Source: Marsupella aquatica
Taxonomy: Eukaryota; Plantae; Marchantiophyta
NCBI GenBank assembly: GCA_973895155.1
Contig: OZ316892.1
Location: 9,094,283 to 9,158,282 of the forward strand
Direction of reading: 5' to 3'
Length of the DNA stretch: 64,000 bases
The notes below the pieces were generated by a model, which made no database searches, was not told the origin of the DNA, and worked only from the letters and a program-made list of their open reading frames with translations. Shown one piece after another: positions 12,474 to 26,145 of the stretch (positions within the stretch are counted from its first letter, which is position 1; every line of letters begins with the position of its first letter). Position numbers and translations under genes: made by a program.

Positions 12474-12710
12474 GTTTGGTGACATGTGCAGCCTGGGGTA
12501 CATGGAAGGTTGCCCCCTGAGGCTGGATCTACTGTCTACTTCGTTTGGAGTGTCTGCTTCGTTTGGAGACATTTGCAGGCTGGGGTGGATGGAAGGTTGC
12601 CCCCTGAGGCTGGTCGGACTGCACCATCGTTCTAACGAAGCTACTGCAAGAACCGTCGATGCGGTAGGGAACAAGCTCCGAATCAAGTGGGAACAAGCTC
12701 CGAATCAAGT
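12474..12710. repeat. Local tandem duplications at the 3' end of the AP2 gene (87-bp period x2; exact 22-bp x2 at 12667-12710)
   Basis: gtttgg(t/a)gacat...cccctgaggctgg at 12474 and 12561; gggaacaagctccgaatcaagt twice. Confidence 0.85.
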
Positions 12711-15203
12711 TGCCTCGTCATATGAGGTATGGGTTCCACCTGATCTACTCTCTTTCTTACGGTGAAATATCTGGGAGCTCCGATGTCCCTTGGAGGTTCT
12801 TGGAGCTCTGTAATTGGTGGGTACTCTGGGAACTCAGTTCCTTGTCCAGCACTTTGCTTCCGTAGCATTCTCACAAGTTGAGAGTCTGATAACTGCACCA
12901 ACTGAAGCAGATGAAGCAGTTCAAAGTTAATCATTCTGGCAATGAATAGTACCCAAGAACTATCCAACAACGGCATTTCGATATGCATATGAATATTGCG
13001 AAATCGATATGCATATGAACATTTAAGCATGCTACTTTAAAAAACCCTCACCTGCCACAACTCTCCTTCGTAGTCTTTCAGGTGAAAGTTAAGCTCTGCA
13101 CCCGATGATCTGAAATATATTGCTGCTCTATCATATGCCCTGCCACAGCGAAGCGTTAGTCATTATTTGTTTCAGTGTCTTTAATGTTTCCAACTTACAA
13201 AACAATACTCAAATTCTATATGAATGTCACTAGAGGGAAATTAAAACAGTTGACGTATAGACTGTTCTGGGTTGTTAACTAATTAACAGAACCAGGTTTA
13301 GGTCAGGGTTGCAGTCTCTAGCTGCAAAGGACAAAACAAGGGTGAAAAGGAGGAACCGCTGATAAAGAAGATATTTTCCAGAGTGTGGCGTGTTTATTCC
13401 ATGTCCCATATAGACAAAATTACTAGAGTACCGATTGAATATCACTTGAAAGAGACCAACCCATCAAATTTCCCCATGAGGCGTTGCACACCAAACACAT
13501 GAAGTGACTCGGACAGAGTTGAGAGACCGGCTTACCTTGCGGCTTTCTCTTCAGTAGAAGAAGCTCCTGCGATTGCATAGACAATGCTCTTAGTCTGTCA
13601 AGATATTTCTATTATGCAGGAAAGTCGCATACACAATGCTCTTAGTCTGTCAAGATCGATATCTATTATGCAGGAAAAACGACTGATGAACTTGAAATGG
13701 ACTTCGGGCATAGTTTCTTAAATGGCTGTATAGAATACATATATGTACACTCGTACCTAGATAGATTTGTTTTCGTTTGTTCCTGCAAAGATTGATGATG
13801 CACAGGTCAAAGGCTGGTAAATGACATTAGAAGAAAAACAAAGAGCGACGTCTTTACATCCTATCCCACGCGCCGAAGGTCATTTTGAATCTAGCGGACA
13901 CTCATGACGAAGATTTGATACGGCCAGACAGGAGTGCAAAAGCTCAGGGGTCGACCAATGATCACGGTAGAGAAAAACTACTGCAAGAAAGAACGTCAAC
14001 TTCCCAACTAGGCAGCATCAAATTTAAGAATGTAAGAAATGTTGCAGCAAGTCACTGTGATGACCAGATGGATTTCAAAGATCCAAATTACTACGCTACT
14101 ACGAGACTGGAAAGACGATCCGACTGCAGTAGTCGAGCAAGCTTTCAAGTGATCGAAGTAAAACTTTACTTACGAAACTCAGTTTTATGCTGACGGTCTT
14201 AAGCATCATGCAGAACCATTTTATTACGAAATTAACTTAATTTGAACCACATCTTACCAAATGTGTGCTTCCCATCTCCCTGTCCTCTTATAGTGCGTAA
14301 CTCCCTTGAAACACGAACTGCTCTTTCGGGGCCCAGGCCGGGCTGACGGTCTGCTGTTGTGATTAAACATGAACAAATTCAAAAGGGAAAATGTCAATTC
14401 AATTTCATAAATATGGAGTACATAGCGAGTATAAGAACTGAATTGCTTTCATTTCATTTTGAGGGCTGGCTTACTTACCTATGAAATGGACAAGCCGGTC
14501 CTTCAATATTTAAGGATCACGATCAATATGATGAGCACGCACACTAAGAAGTACTTGAACTGAAAGGTCTTTTCGTCATGCCGTTAAGTCTCACATCTTA
14601 GATTTGAAATATAGAGGGATCGAGGATATGTAGTTACCTCTTTCGAACTGCGCGAGCACCCAATCGTCCCTTTGTTGTGGGATCCGATCGAGAACCCCGC
14701 CGGGAACCGGTTAGAGACAGCTGTGGTGCATTCATAGCTGATGCTCTGGATAGTGCTGATCGCTTTGATTTTCGGACAGACGCTGATGCTCCTGATGGCA
14801 ACTCTGATCCTTTTCGTTTTCCCACAGACGCTGATGCGTTTCTGAATGGGGTCTGCACATCAGTCTGCTCTTGCGCAAATTGTAGAGTCAGTAAAGTGAG
14901 CACTGAAGATGCCAACGAGGGAACACTCCCATCCCCTGGCTCAAACTCGCTTGCACCTCTGCTTGCAACCACTCCGCGTGACTCTTGCTCGTTTATTTGC
15001 TGTGTGGCCTCGCCGGAGAAGCGTCTGACAGAGTTGTTCCTCGTCCATCGTTTGAGGGCTGATTTCGTTGGAAACAAACTCAAGAGCTTTGCTTTTACTT
15101 TCGATTCATGTAACCAGTTTCTCCCGAAATCAATGCACGGGATCTTTTCAAAATTGAAAGGAATGGAGCTGCCACCAGCGAAAGCTTGATGTCCGGGATC
15201 CAT
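12683..15203 (-). CDS. euAP2-subfamily-like AP2/ERF transcription factor with a single AP2 repeat, ~340 aa; exons 15203-14638, 14350-14258, 13782-13757, 13566-13536, 13139-13052, 12901-12683
   Basis: All five introns are GT-AG and phase-consistent. The spliced product reads ...[95 protein letters not shown]..., i.e. AP2 repeat 1 plus the euAP2 linker. The 26/31/88-nt internal exons match the exon sizes of Arabidopsis AP2. The C-terminal end is less certain. Confidence 0.9.
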
Positions 15204-15808
15204 TGCGATAGTTTCTTATCGTGGGGACGACCCTGCAGAACATCCACGACTAATGAGTTAGCAACAGAGTCTCTCATCGGAAAATTGTGAGAACCCCATA
15301 TGTTTTCTCGGCGACAAGATTGAAACTCAATCAAAATTTTAATCCTGATCGAATGTTGGTCCTAAGATACTGTCTCCTTGAGAACTTTCTGAAAGCATCG
15401 GTACCTGGCTTAATTGTGAGGACAATAAAATACAATTGAAAGGTCACACCGTAATTCATGCATTCAACTAGCTTGCAGCTCCGACCTTACTAAACTACAA
15501 CATCAGGCCTAGATTGGATTCTGAGAAACTAAGTTATTGTGATCAGCAGTGACTAGTGACTGATACGACTCAGAAGAGAATCAGTAACTAAGTAGGGTCC
15601 GGCTATCCAGCTGAGTCAGGTGTTGCGTAATACCTGCTTGTCTTGCAGAAGACTTCGATATTCACAGTTCCACGATCTTCGAGACTGAACGTTATGCGGC
15701 AACAGATTTTCAGATCTTCAATGCTGAAAAAAGTAAGCAAAGCCACACCATTAGCGACGGTGAGATGATTATACAGATCGATGCAACAATAAAAAATCTT
15801 GGAGACCG

Positions 15809-17705
15809 ATCACAGATTCCTCCGTCCTGGCAACAACTGATATTGCGTCCTCTCTGTCTATAGATGTGCTGATCTTGAATGAACGATCGTCAAGAGGTAT
15901 ACTGTCGTTAATTTGGTGCCATTCAGCTGTATAGATAGGCATCCAACCGCAAGGAATCTCAATACTGGAAAACATTCTTGCGGACTAACGGCTCAGGTGG
16001 AAAGGGGAGTTTGGGCCACCAGACTCCAATTAACAGAGACTTAATTAAGTGAAGGGTGATACCATGTACTAAAGTAGAAGAGACTGTGAGACGGATAACA
16101 TGGAACTATTCTTAAAGCTATCGATACATATTATCCTACGACTGCTCACAGGAATGCAAATGAACCTCCGGGAAACCACAGAGAGAACTGAACGATGTTT
16201 GCAAGCATGTACAGACTTTTCCCTTCCTCCTGCGCGTGTTGTTAGAAAACAACGGAAAACATCGTTCAGTTGTCTCAATACGTCGGCAAACAAGTGTAGC
16301 AAGCCGAAAAGCAGTTCGCCGCCAGACCGCCGAAATCAGTGCCGTTCAATTCCTGGACGATTCATTAACAACTGAAGAGGAAGGAACGAGTCGAACGCTC
16401 AGATAAGAAGTTAGACGATGGCAGTGCCGTTCAATTACTCGGCGATTCATAAACAATTCACGAGGAAGGAACGAGAGAAACGTACCCTCAGCTAAGAAGA
16501 CGACCAAGCTAGGTCGGACGTTCGCACCTGGAAGTCGGGAGCGCGGTTCACTCTGTCAAGCTAATGCTATATCCTCTTTCTACTCGACTAATGCTTGTAA
16601 ACGTGTATTCTATGGCGAAGAGAAACTTTCGTTACCATGCAGATTTACAAGTTACAGGAGAACGATTAGATGAATTGATAAGGTCGATTAGACTGGAAGA
16701 AAACAATGTTATGGTCAGCCTGAGCTTACCTTGCAAAAGTTTTGCTTTGAAGCTAAACTACTTTGATCGGCAGTCGAATTTTCACGCAGACTTCACCGGC
16801 TCTCGCTATAGCTACGTGATATTAGGCTCAGTGAGATAAAAAACAAAAACAAAGTACAAGGCCGGAAAGCCAACTTTAGTTAAAAATCATAAATAATGGC
16901 AAAGTATGAGACTGAAACCTATGATAGCGTAGAAGGAGAAAACACAAATGCCTGAATATCAAACGCCAAATTGACATCACTTGCAGCGAAAATTGAATTA
17001 GGGATTGAGAATTTGCATTCCATCCCCCGAAAATTGTTTTTGTTGGTACTGAGTAGTTTTTCTTTAACAGACCTTTGGGCCCGGCTGGACTCACTCTAAA
17101 CTTTATTTGCGCTGTGGTACCATCAGCTTTAGTACGTACTGCCAATCTTCAGGTAACTCCCCCCTCCTCTCCCCCGTCTCCCTCCGCCTTAGACCATCTT
17201 TCTTTAATTGATAATGGCTCGTTTAATAAGGACGAAGACACTATAGCATACTCTCGACATGGGTTCTTGCAGATGCTCATTTACATATAGCTGGCACGTA
17301 TTCCACTGGCGTCCTTAAATTCCTCACAGTGTACCAAGCTCTGCTCCTCAACTTACACCTCGATCACTTTCACCTCAGGGTCCTCCCTTAAATCTATCGT
17401 TCCTGCCCGGCCTTCAATGTGTCAACCAGGCAACTTGGGCTTATTTACCACTTAGAAGTATCAGTGTACCAAGCTTTACCTCCTGAACTTACACCTCACT
17501 TAATTTCACCTCAGGGTCCTCCCTTAAATCTATCGTTCCTGCCCTTCAATGTGTCAACCAGGCAACTCGGCGTTATTTACCACTTAGAAGTATCCTGATT
17601 TCGATATATGGCAACACAGAAAGGAGTAGGTCAAAACATTGATGAATAAATGAGGTACTTACTTGTCTTATCTTGCCACAGTACTCATACTTAAAACGAA
17701 CGCAA
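15809..17705. repeat. Duplicated block A, copy 1 (others ~28800-30430 and ~35868-37255)
   Basis: Shared co-linear motifs, e.g. gggccaccagactcca, gccgttca(a/g)t(t/c)cc, aaatcataaataatggcaaagtatgagac. Diverged with many indels; no conserved ORF found. Confidence 0.8.
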
Positions 17706-17857
17706 AACTCGGATCCGTACTAGTAGTTAGCTGTCAATTTTAGCAATACTGACTTTGGTTGGAAGGGCTAGGCCAAGTAGAGAGCTAACCTATTAATCGC
17801 AGAATTTCCTACTCATCTCAGGACATTGAGTGCTTCACAGCCCTCCAATCAGCCCTC

Positions 17858-20255
17858 CCATCAGCCCCTGGTAGAAAAGAACAGAAGAAAGCAGTGTGGA
17901 AACCTCTGGCATTCGGGTCAAGTAATTAAACAAAAGGGTTGCTGGTCAAAGCCGAGGTGACTGCCTACTTTAGGCAATGATGAAAAGAGGCTGCCTCATG
18001 ACAATACATCTAGTGAGTACTCCACTCAGCCAGGGTTGCCCCTAGTTGGCCACCGGGAAAGGACAGATCGACCCAGCGTTCACCATCCACCTTGATTTGC
18101 TTCACAGAACTGTATATATACTAGTATCATGTACCTAAACCTGTTATGTGGGTGAGAGTTTGTAGCTATGTCAATTGAAGTGATATCTCTTACGCAGATT
18201 TAGTGAATTAGTGAAAACAAATGAACAGATGGTGAGTATATAGATCCATTTGATATCAATCTCCTACAAGAAATTGTTCTCATGCACCTTCATCTCCGAG
18301 GTCCAATCTGTGAAAGTTTGTAACTATGTCAATTGAAAGTGATATCTCTCAGTCACACTTAGTGACTATGTGAAAAAAACGAGCTACCGGTGAGAAAAGA
18401 GATTAGCTTCACAACATTATCCTTTAACAAATCGCCCTCCCACCTTAGCGTCACCTGAAAGGTTCAGACGCCGAAAATTAGGTTCAATTATAATATGGTC
18501 AGTTGCACTAGTAGATAAGGTACGGGTTTTTTTCTTGAAACACTAGCTGTTGTGGTGGGACGTATCCTTTAAAGTCGGTACAGCAATGCCGCTGAATCGG
18601 CGCTAATTGTTCCCTTGAGTGAGCGAGTTTGATGCGACTGGCCTCTACCTGCGATGCAGCGATTTCAGAAACGTTTGATCGGACGCTCCCTTGCCAAACT
18701 AGTCCCGCATAGCTGATCCCTGCCTCGTTCTTACCTTCAAGACCTACCGCTCAACTATCAGGACGGCTTCCTTGTCCTGTCTCATTCATCATGTGGTCTG
18801 GAAATGCGCTACTTCAATATATATACACAATGGGATTTCGAGAAGAGCAGCGACGCGGGACCCACGGAGTCAACGCCAATAAATGTTTTTCAATGGAAGC
18901 TGAATTATATATGACCCCGCTTCGCATCCATTATAGGGTTAATAATTTTCAGCTCACACTCAAAGTATTCCATGAAGGTTTTGGGATGTATAGGTATTTC
19001 CAGAATACTTTAACAGGCGTTTTCATATCATCCAGAGTTATAGATTGTGCTCTTGTTCTACTGCTTTAATAATCCGTGAGCTTTCACGTCATAATTTCCT
19101 TACAAAGTAGGATTAATATAAGCTCGGAAAAATTAAAAGAAATAATTTTTGGAAAGAACACTTTTCATCCGTGTAAAACGCTCATTACACGATTGAAACT
19201 CATAGCTCGACTTTACTGCATTGTGTTGAACGCTGAGTCTCAAAACCAGTCACCTTCGTTGTTGACCTTCATCGATCTGAGCTCAGGGGCCTGGCAATCT
19301 GGACAGTGTCGCCCGTCGTTGGCCCCAGCCTGAAGCCAACGGGCTGGCTTGCTGCTGTAGCCTAGCCTGCTAATTAAGCTAGCGGTGGAATGTGAACGAG
19401 TAACAGCAACTAAAATAAATTTAAGAGCATGATGGAAACTAAGGCCGTGACTCTTTGAAACAGTAATGAGTAGGTTGGTCAGCACAGCTTCACTCAGTCC
19501 GAACATATGGAAGTCCGTGGATGAGCGAGACAAAATGTCGAGAGCAAGGACCCCAATTCGAAAGGCCAAGCTCATAATTTCAGTATATGAGTAATGCAAG
19601 TAGTGCTTGCATGGGTCCTAAAATGCACTCAGGAAATCATCTCGCCTTCAAGGCCAGGATACATGTGTATCAGTGATCCATCTAATCGTCATTTTGGGTG
19701 TGGTCCGCTCAATTTCTCCACAGTACTTCAAAGGGAAGAGATAGTGATATATACCAACTTGCAGGCTGGGGCATAATCCTGAGTAATCATGAATATGCAA
19801 TCCCTTGGACCCGGGCCCTTGGACTCCGGGCATGGACTATGAGTTAATTACCTGTGGTTTCACGGATCAAAATATTAAATTCTCTTTGAATTTCCAGACT
19901 GTGCATATATGATTCTCCCAAAGGGGATGTGGAGCTCGGATCGACAAAGAGATTCATGCAGGATGGCTGTAAAGCAAGGCACAGCCAAAACCACAGCCAA
20001 AGTTGCAGGTGGCCAGGTAGGGGAGTAAACTTTAGATGGGAGAGGGGAGCAGGCATGAAGGTCACACGGGATTCATGGTTAGTTACAAACTAGAGGAGAG
20101 AAGGCGGAGGAGAGAAAATATCGAGGGAGGTGAGGGGGTGGAGCCCAGAAAGGAGTCATTTACTAACAACTCTTTTTCAATTTCTTTTCCTTGCCCCCTT
20201 AAAGCTTTCCTCTTGCCTTAGATAGGCTTCACAGAGTTTGTCCTCCCCTCAAAAC
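17858..20255. repeat. Duplicated block B, copy 1 (others ~21381-23595 and ~30454-31690, the last 3'-truncated)
   Basis: Shared ccatcagcccct(g/a)gtagaaaagaacagaag, gtggtctggaaatgcgctacttcaat and taagctagcggtggaatgtgaacgag in the same order. Confidence 0.85.
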
Positions 20256-20814
20256 TTTGATTCGTACTGTTGCCAACCACAAACCATACGTAAACCTGCA
20301 ACTCTCAATTGGAAGCTCCTTCCCACATATCCATGCATGATATATGCTTGTCTAGGTTAATTAATGAGAGTCTTATGCTCACAATTCAAGGCAGCCCTCT
20401 TCCATATTGAGCATCACCATACCTTCCTCCCTATTTGTGAACCCAACCTATTCTACCTTCCCTACCATAAATTGTAAAATGTTCTTGTAAGGTGCCCGTT
20501 TAGTTTTCAAAGGCACTTGTCAACCTTTCTTTTGCTGCCTCCTGGGGACTATGCTTGACTTTGTTGCGTACATTGTTATGACAACCCCAGATTTCTGAAT
20601 GTGCGTAGTGTCTTTCTTCCTGCTAGTGTAGTGGTACACAAGAACACACAATTTGGCGGCCTTCGTGGTATATCTTTTATTTCCTTGGCCCATTGAATTA
20701 TCACACTGGCTGGGCACACAACGAGAGTTGACAATAAAGAGAACATCAGCTTTCGTGTTCACATTTGAATGAATCAGGTATGTCACGTTCTTCTTCTGAA
20801 AGGCCTGGACTCAT

Positions 20815-21030
20815 ATGGAAAAATTAGACGACCAGGCTTGGGGGCATGCAGGGGCTGTCTGCTGATCCTGCTTTTGGTGACTCCGTTATCGCATATGTCT
20901 GCTGAAGCTAATCCACAATAACAGCACTAGCTCGATCAAACATGTTAACTCCGGTATGAGGATCTTCCAAGTAGGGGACCTGCATAGAGGAACACGGAGG
21001 GAGCCAGCAGTCATCATAAAATTTGGATAC
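20815..21030 (+). pseudogene. Probable frameshifted relic of exon 1 of a diverged paralog of the secreted-protein genes at 26146 and 34085
   Basis: Across frames it reads GCLLILLLVT / KLIHNNSTSSIKH / GDLHRGT, versus LCLLLVLLT / TLVHNSASFDIIH / STLAQGT. It follows a B block, as the intact copies do. Confidence 0.4.
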
Positions 21031-24000
21031 GTTACTGATAAATAATCGACACTAGTTTCTGACGGGAATATTAATTGATACTTCTAGCAGCAGCGATTCT
21101 TAAGAAACCCAGTGCAACTATTGGGGTCTTGTCCAAACACCAATTAGGGTGAGAGACATGGTTACATGATTAGAATATCTGCCAGAGAACACAACAGCAA
21201 GTTTACCTTTCAAAATGTGGGTTCGCTCTAAATTATACACTTTCTGTTAAGAAAAATCTTGCCAGTCATTGACCTTGGAGCACGTCCCAATATCCTTGAG
21301 AGGGCCCCAATATATCACAACATCCTACATGTGCCTCCAGCAAAGCAGAGTTTACTACTCATCTCAGGGCATCTAGTGCTCCATCAGCCCCTAGTAGAAA
21401 AGAACAGAAGACTGCAGTGCGGAAACCTTAGCCTTAATTTGGGTCAAGTAATATATTAATTTAACAAAGGGCTTGCTGGTCAAGGCCGAGGTGACTGCCT
21501 GGCCAACTTTAGGCCATGATGAAAAGAGGCTGCTCGTGGCCTGATGACAGCAAGTACTCCACTGACCCGGGGTTAATTACCTCTGGTTGGCCACCGGGAA
21601 ATGACAGACCCGCGTTTAGTTACCATAACTTTGCTTTGCATTCAAAGAGCTATATATTTACTAGTATTATGTACCTAGACCTGTTCTGTGGGTGAAAGTT
21701 TGTTGCTATCTCAATTGAAGTGATATCTCTCGACCACTCGATCACGATTAGTGACTGAGAAAAAACAAGGGACGGGTGAGAAAGAGATTAGCTTGAAATT
21801 AGTATGCATGCTAAAACAAGTCGCCCTCCCACCTTGGCTTCACCTGCAAGCTAGGTGAGACGCAGAAAGTGAGGTCAATTATAATACAGTCGATGAGTTG
21901 GTCTCGTAGGTAAGGTACGGGTTTTCTTTTTGACATGTCGTTGTGGTGTGGCCTGGCGTATCCGTTACAGTCGGTATACAAAAATGCCGTGGAATCGTCC
22001 GCTAATTCCTCAAATTGTTCCCTTCAGTGAGAGACTATGATGTGACTGGCCTCTACCTGCCATGCAGCCATTTCAGAAACGTTTGATCGGACGCTTTCCT
22101 GTCTCATTCATCACGTGGTCTGGAAATGCGCTACTTCAATATACACAATGGGATTTCGAGAAGAGCAGCCATGCGGGACCCACGGAGTCAGCCTCAATGA
22201 AGATTCTTCAATGGAAGCTGCATAATGAGCCCGTTTAGCATCCATTATAAGGGGCCATAATTGTCAGCTCACAGTGTCGTCCTTTTTTTGGCCCCAGCCT
22301 GACGCCAACGGCCTGGCTTGCTATTGTAGCCTGGTAAGCTAGCGGTGGAATGTGAACGAGTGACAAAAAATAATTAAATTCAAGAGAAGAATGCAAATTA
22401 AGGCCGTGACTCTTTGAAAACGTACTAATGATTGAGGTTGGTCACCACAGCTTGAATCAGTCCGAACATATTAGAGTCCGTGGGTCAGATAGACAGAATA
22501 TCGAGAGCAAGGACCCCAACTCGGAAGACCAGCTGGTAGCTAGGTCATAATTTCAGTCCTTGCAAGGGTCCTAAAGATCGAGGACATGCACTCAGAAAAG
22601 CATCTGGCCTTAAAGGTCAAAATATATCTGTATCAGTGATTTATCTAATCTTCATTTTGGGTGAGGTCCGCACAATTTCTCGACGTACATTACTGCAAAG
22701 GGAAGAGATGGTGGTACCAACTTGCAGGTTTGTAGGGGTGGGGGGCTAGATACTCGGCGTCATCTGATCGACTGACTGCTTAGTAAATTAAATGGAACAA
22801 AGGCTACGTACAAGTACAGTGCTGGAGCCAATTAGTTACGGAAGTTCTGATTAATTCCTGTGTGCTAGAAGGGACACCTACATTAGAACCCCACTCAAGC
22901 AATATAGTCAGCTGCTCTCCAATAATTTTCCGTTTCACCAGATTTTTCTTGCAGCAAATTTTTCACAAATTTTAAACACAGTATAATTGATGCAGATTTT
23001 TGTTATGTTAGGAAAATCTACAGTATTTATAACATTTTTTGTCCAACCTTATTCTTATAATTTAAAACGAAGAATATTAAACCCAATGGACCATGAGTTA
23101 CCTATCGTTACAGGGATCAAATTAAACAGTTATCTTGGATTTTTCCAGCCTGTGCATGATTCGTTCAGAAGGGGATGTAGAGCTCGGACAAAGTGAGTCA
23201 TGCAGGATGGCTGCATCCAGGCATAGCCAAAACCCGACAGCCAAAAATGAGTTGCTGGGTGGCCAGGTAGGGGAGAGGATTTTAGATGGGAAGAAGGAGC
23301 AGACATCAAGGTCAAAAACCAGGCCGGAACCACGAGTGTGGCTTCCCCGGATGCATGTAGTGGGTCTTGGTTAGTTACACACTAGGGGAGAGGGGAGGCA
23401 AAGGAGAGTAAAATTAAAGGGAGGGGAGTGCAGGGGTGAGGGAGAAAGGAAACAGAGGAAATGGGGCCCGGAAAGCCCCGCGGAAAGCACTCATTTACAA
23501 TTTGGTTTTGTAAACATTTTTTCCCCTGACCCTTTGTAGCTTATTTCCACTTGCCCTAGGCTTTAAAGAGTACGGTTGTCTTCACCTCAAAACTCTTGAA
23601 TCATATCATATATCTGTATCATTGATTCATCTTATCCTAAAACGGTATCAAAACGCCCTAATGTCAGCAGGGAGACCCGACAGCCCGCCAGATATCCAGC
23701 TCTTCCCCAGAATGTCACACCCTGTCTACGTACTACTGAAATGAACCTTGGGCCTATATAAGAGGTATGTCACACCTTGTGACTGACTCTTGTGGTTAGA
23801 GAACAAGCTAGTCCTTGCTGGCCTTCCCATGAGTCCTAACAAGCTAGAGTTTTGGGGCCCTGTCCCACTGAGAGAAGTTTTGGCGCGCCTCCTGGTTTTG
23901 ACTCGAGGGCCTCAAAATATCTGGTAGCCAGGCCTCGTGAATCTTCTTCACTCATCCAGCCCTTAACTTCCACGTACCCATGCGGCTGGATATACTGGAG

Positions 24001-25755
24001 TGCTGGAGCTGGACATGGATCCCCAAAAAACAAGCCAGTCCAAAGGTACCACGTTTCAGAGGGATCTCATAACGGTGATTCGTCTTGCCCTACAAGACAC
24101 TCTTGTGGCAGGCTAATTAAATCTATCCATTCTTCCCCAAAAGAAAACTCCAACCAGAGGCCACCTCCTGTCATCCTAGTCACTAAGCTAGCCCACCATC
24201 ATTATCCTTTGTCTACCCTTGAGGGTTGGAGTCATTTGCGTGTACGTACGTGCATGCCCCCGCTGTCCATGCATGCCCCTCGTTGTCCATCCTTGCGTGG
24301 GAACCTAACTAAGCCTGAACCTTCCCTAGCCTGGATCCACTTGTCAGCCCCTTTCACGTCCCTATCTGTAAATACGTACCCCAAAAAACTAACCAGTGAG
24401 AGTCATTACCAGGCCAATTATCCAATTATCCATTGTCAAGGAAAGCAAGAGCTAAATGCCTGGGTATTTAACTCTCCTTTTTATAAGACAAGTTCTAAAT
24501 TTCTTATACTGACCTTATTTCCAATTGGCCATGTTAAGTTTCATTTTTATTAGCCTACTAAACTAACTCTTCCGTTTCTCAACTCATGAAATCCAAAAAT
24601 ATAACTTATGAACAATTAAAACAAGTTTTGATAAAAAATAAGTTCATCAAAACCAAATTTTATAGTACAACCAAACTTGCCAGTATTTTAATGAAATTAT
24701 AAAAAAACAATTATGTGGAAAAAGAAAAAAACCAAAACCTTTTCTATGAGCTGAAAAAAAATCGGGTGCAAAATCCAAGGTTTTTCAGATTTTAAATTTC
24801 TTTACGATCAATGTTTTAGTTCTTAAAAAAAATGCAGACCTACCACCTATACAACTTATACAAGATTTGCATACCCTCAACGTACATTCTTTCATCTGGT
24901 TCCTCACTCACAAGCCTTAACTTTTCAGCCCCGTTCCCTCATGCGCGCGGTAGTCAAGTAAAGATGGATTAGATAGTGGTGAGCTGGCATCGATCAGCTG
25001 TTGCTTGTGCGGACAGCTGAACGCCTTGTTGGACTGCTCAGAACGTGCGAAATCAGCCAATTGCTCATATCCAAACTTACTGCCTGTAAGACTCCCGCAG
25101 ACTCCATTGTCTACTTTTCTCTCATTCTGTTCCAGTTGCTTGATTCTCTTAGCACCTTCTGTTTTTTTTAGGTTAGATATATATTGCATGCCAAGGTTTT
25201 GGAAGTGCGCACATTCAACATTATATATCAGTCCTATATCCTACCATATATCCAGCCCTACTCAGAACCGTCACACCCTCGCTGTCTACTCCTGAAATGA
25301 AACTTATGCCAATATATTGGTATTTCACGCTTTGCGACCAACTATTGCTGTTAAAGAACATGACCTTGCTGGCCTCTTGGCTGGACTTCCCATGAGTCCT
25401 ACAAGCTAGAGTTTTGGGACCCTGTCTCATTGAGAGGAGTTATGGTGCGCCACAGATTTTGACTCCAGGGCCTCCAAATATAGGGTTTTAGTTTTATTCC
25501 TTTTCCACATGTATAAAAAAATTCTCTATGAGTTCAAAATTTTTAAAAGTGGAAAAGCGGGTGGAAAACCAGTGTTTCCAGAATTTTTTTCTTTTTATGA
25601 TCAATTTTTTAGTTCTTATAGAAAAATGTAGACCTACTTCTTATACAACTTATACAAGATTTGCATATCCTCAACGTACATTCTTTCATCTGGTTCCTCA
25701 CTCACAAGCCTTAACTTTTCAGCTCCGTTCACTCATGGGGTAGTCAAGTTAAGAT

Positions 25756-25917
25756 GGATTAAAGACTGATGATCTGGTATCGATCAGCAGTTGCTTGCGC
25801 GGACAGCTGAACGCCTTGTTGGACTGCGCAGAACGTGGATTAGAGACTTGTGATCTGGCATCGACCAGCTGTTGCTTGTGCGGACAGCTGAACGCCTTGT
25901 TCGACTGCTCAGAACGT
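25756..25917 (+). promoter_or_regulatory. Two tandem 81-bp repeats upstream of the secreted-protein gene, containing CAGCTG E-boxes and ACGTG
   Basis: Period 81 (25756, 25837). The same pair is at ~33695-33856, and a single unit is at ~24966-25046. Confidence 0.55.
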
Positions 25918-26145
25918 GCGAAATCAGCCAATTGTTCATATCCAAACTTCCTGACTCCCGCGTACATAAACACCACCTTGGTCCGCAGACTCCATTGTCT
26001 ACTTTTCTCTCATTCTGTTTTCCTTGATTCTCTTAGCACCTCCTGTCGATCTCTTTGCTTTCTTACGCAGTGTAGTTTCTTCCCATTGTTAGACTTGGCA
26101 CACTTTGAAGTTCTGCTTCTCTGTAGAAACAGCGAAGACGTAGCT

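Noticed and set aside
14479-14559. Extra AG...GT-bounded exon in AP2 intron 1
   Set aside because: It introduces a stop in the required phase, and exons 1 and 2 join in frame without it.
14677-15189. 170-aa plus-strand ORF (and similar antisense ORFs at 612-1118 and 56182-56667)
   Set aside because: Antisense shadows of real minus-strand coding sequence.
23852-24553. 233-aa plus-strand ORF
   Set aside because: Non-ATG start, no recognisable domain, and its homologous segments in block C do not preserve the frame.
25795-26145. N-terminal 117 aa of the 198-aa ORFs at 25795 and 33734
   Set aside because: They start at non-ATG codons and run through promoter repeats and a pyrimidine-rich, intron-like tract. 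The signal peptide begins at the internal ATG.
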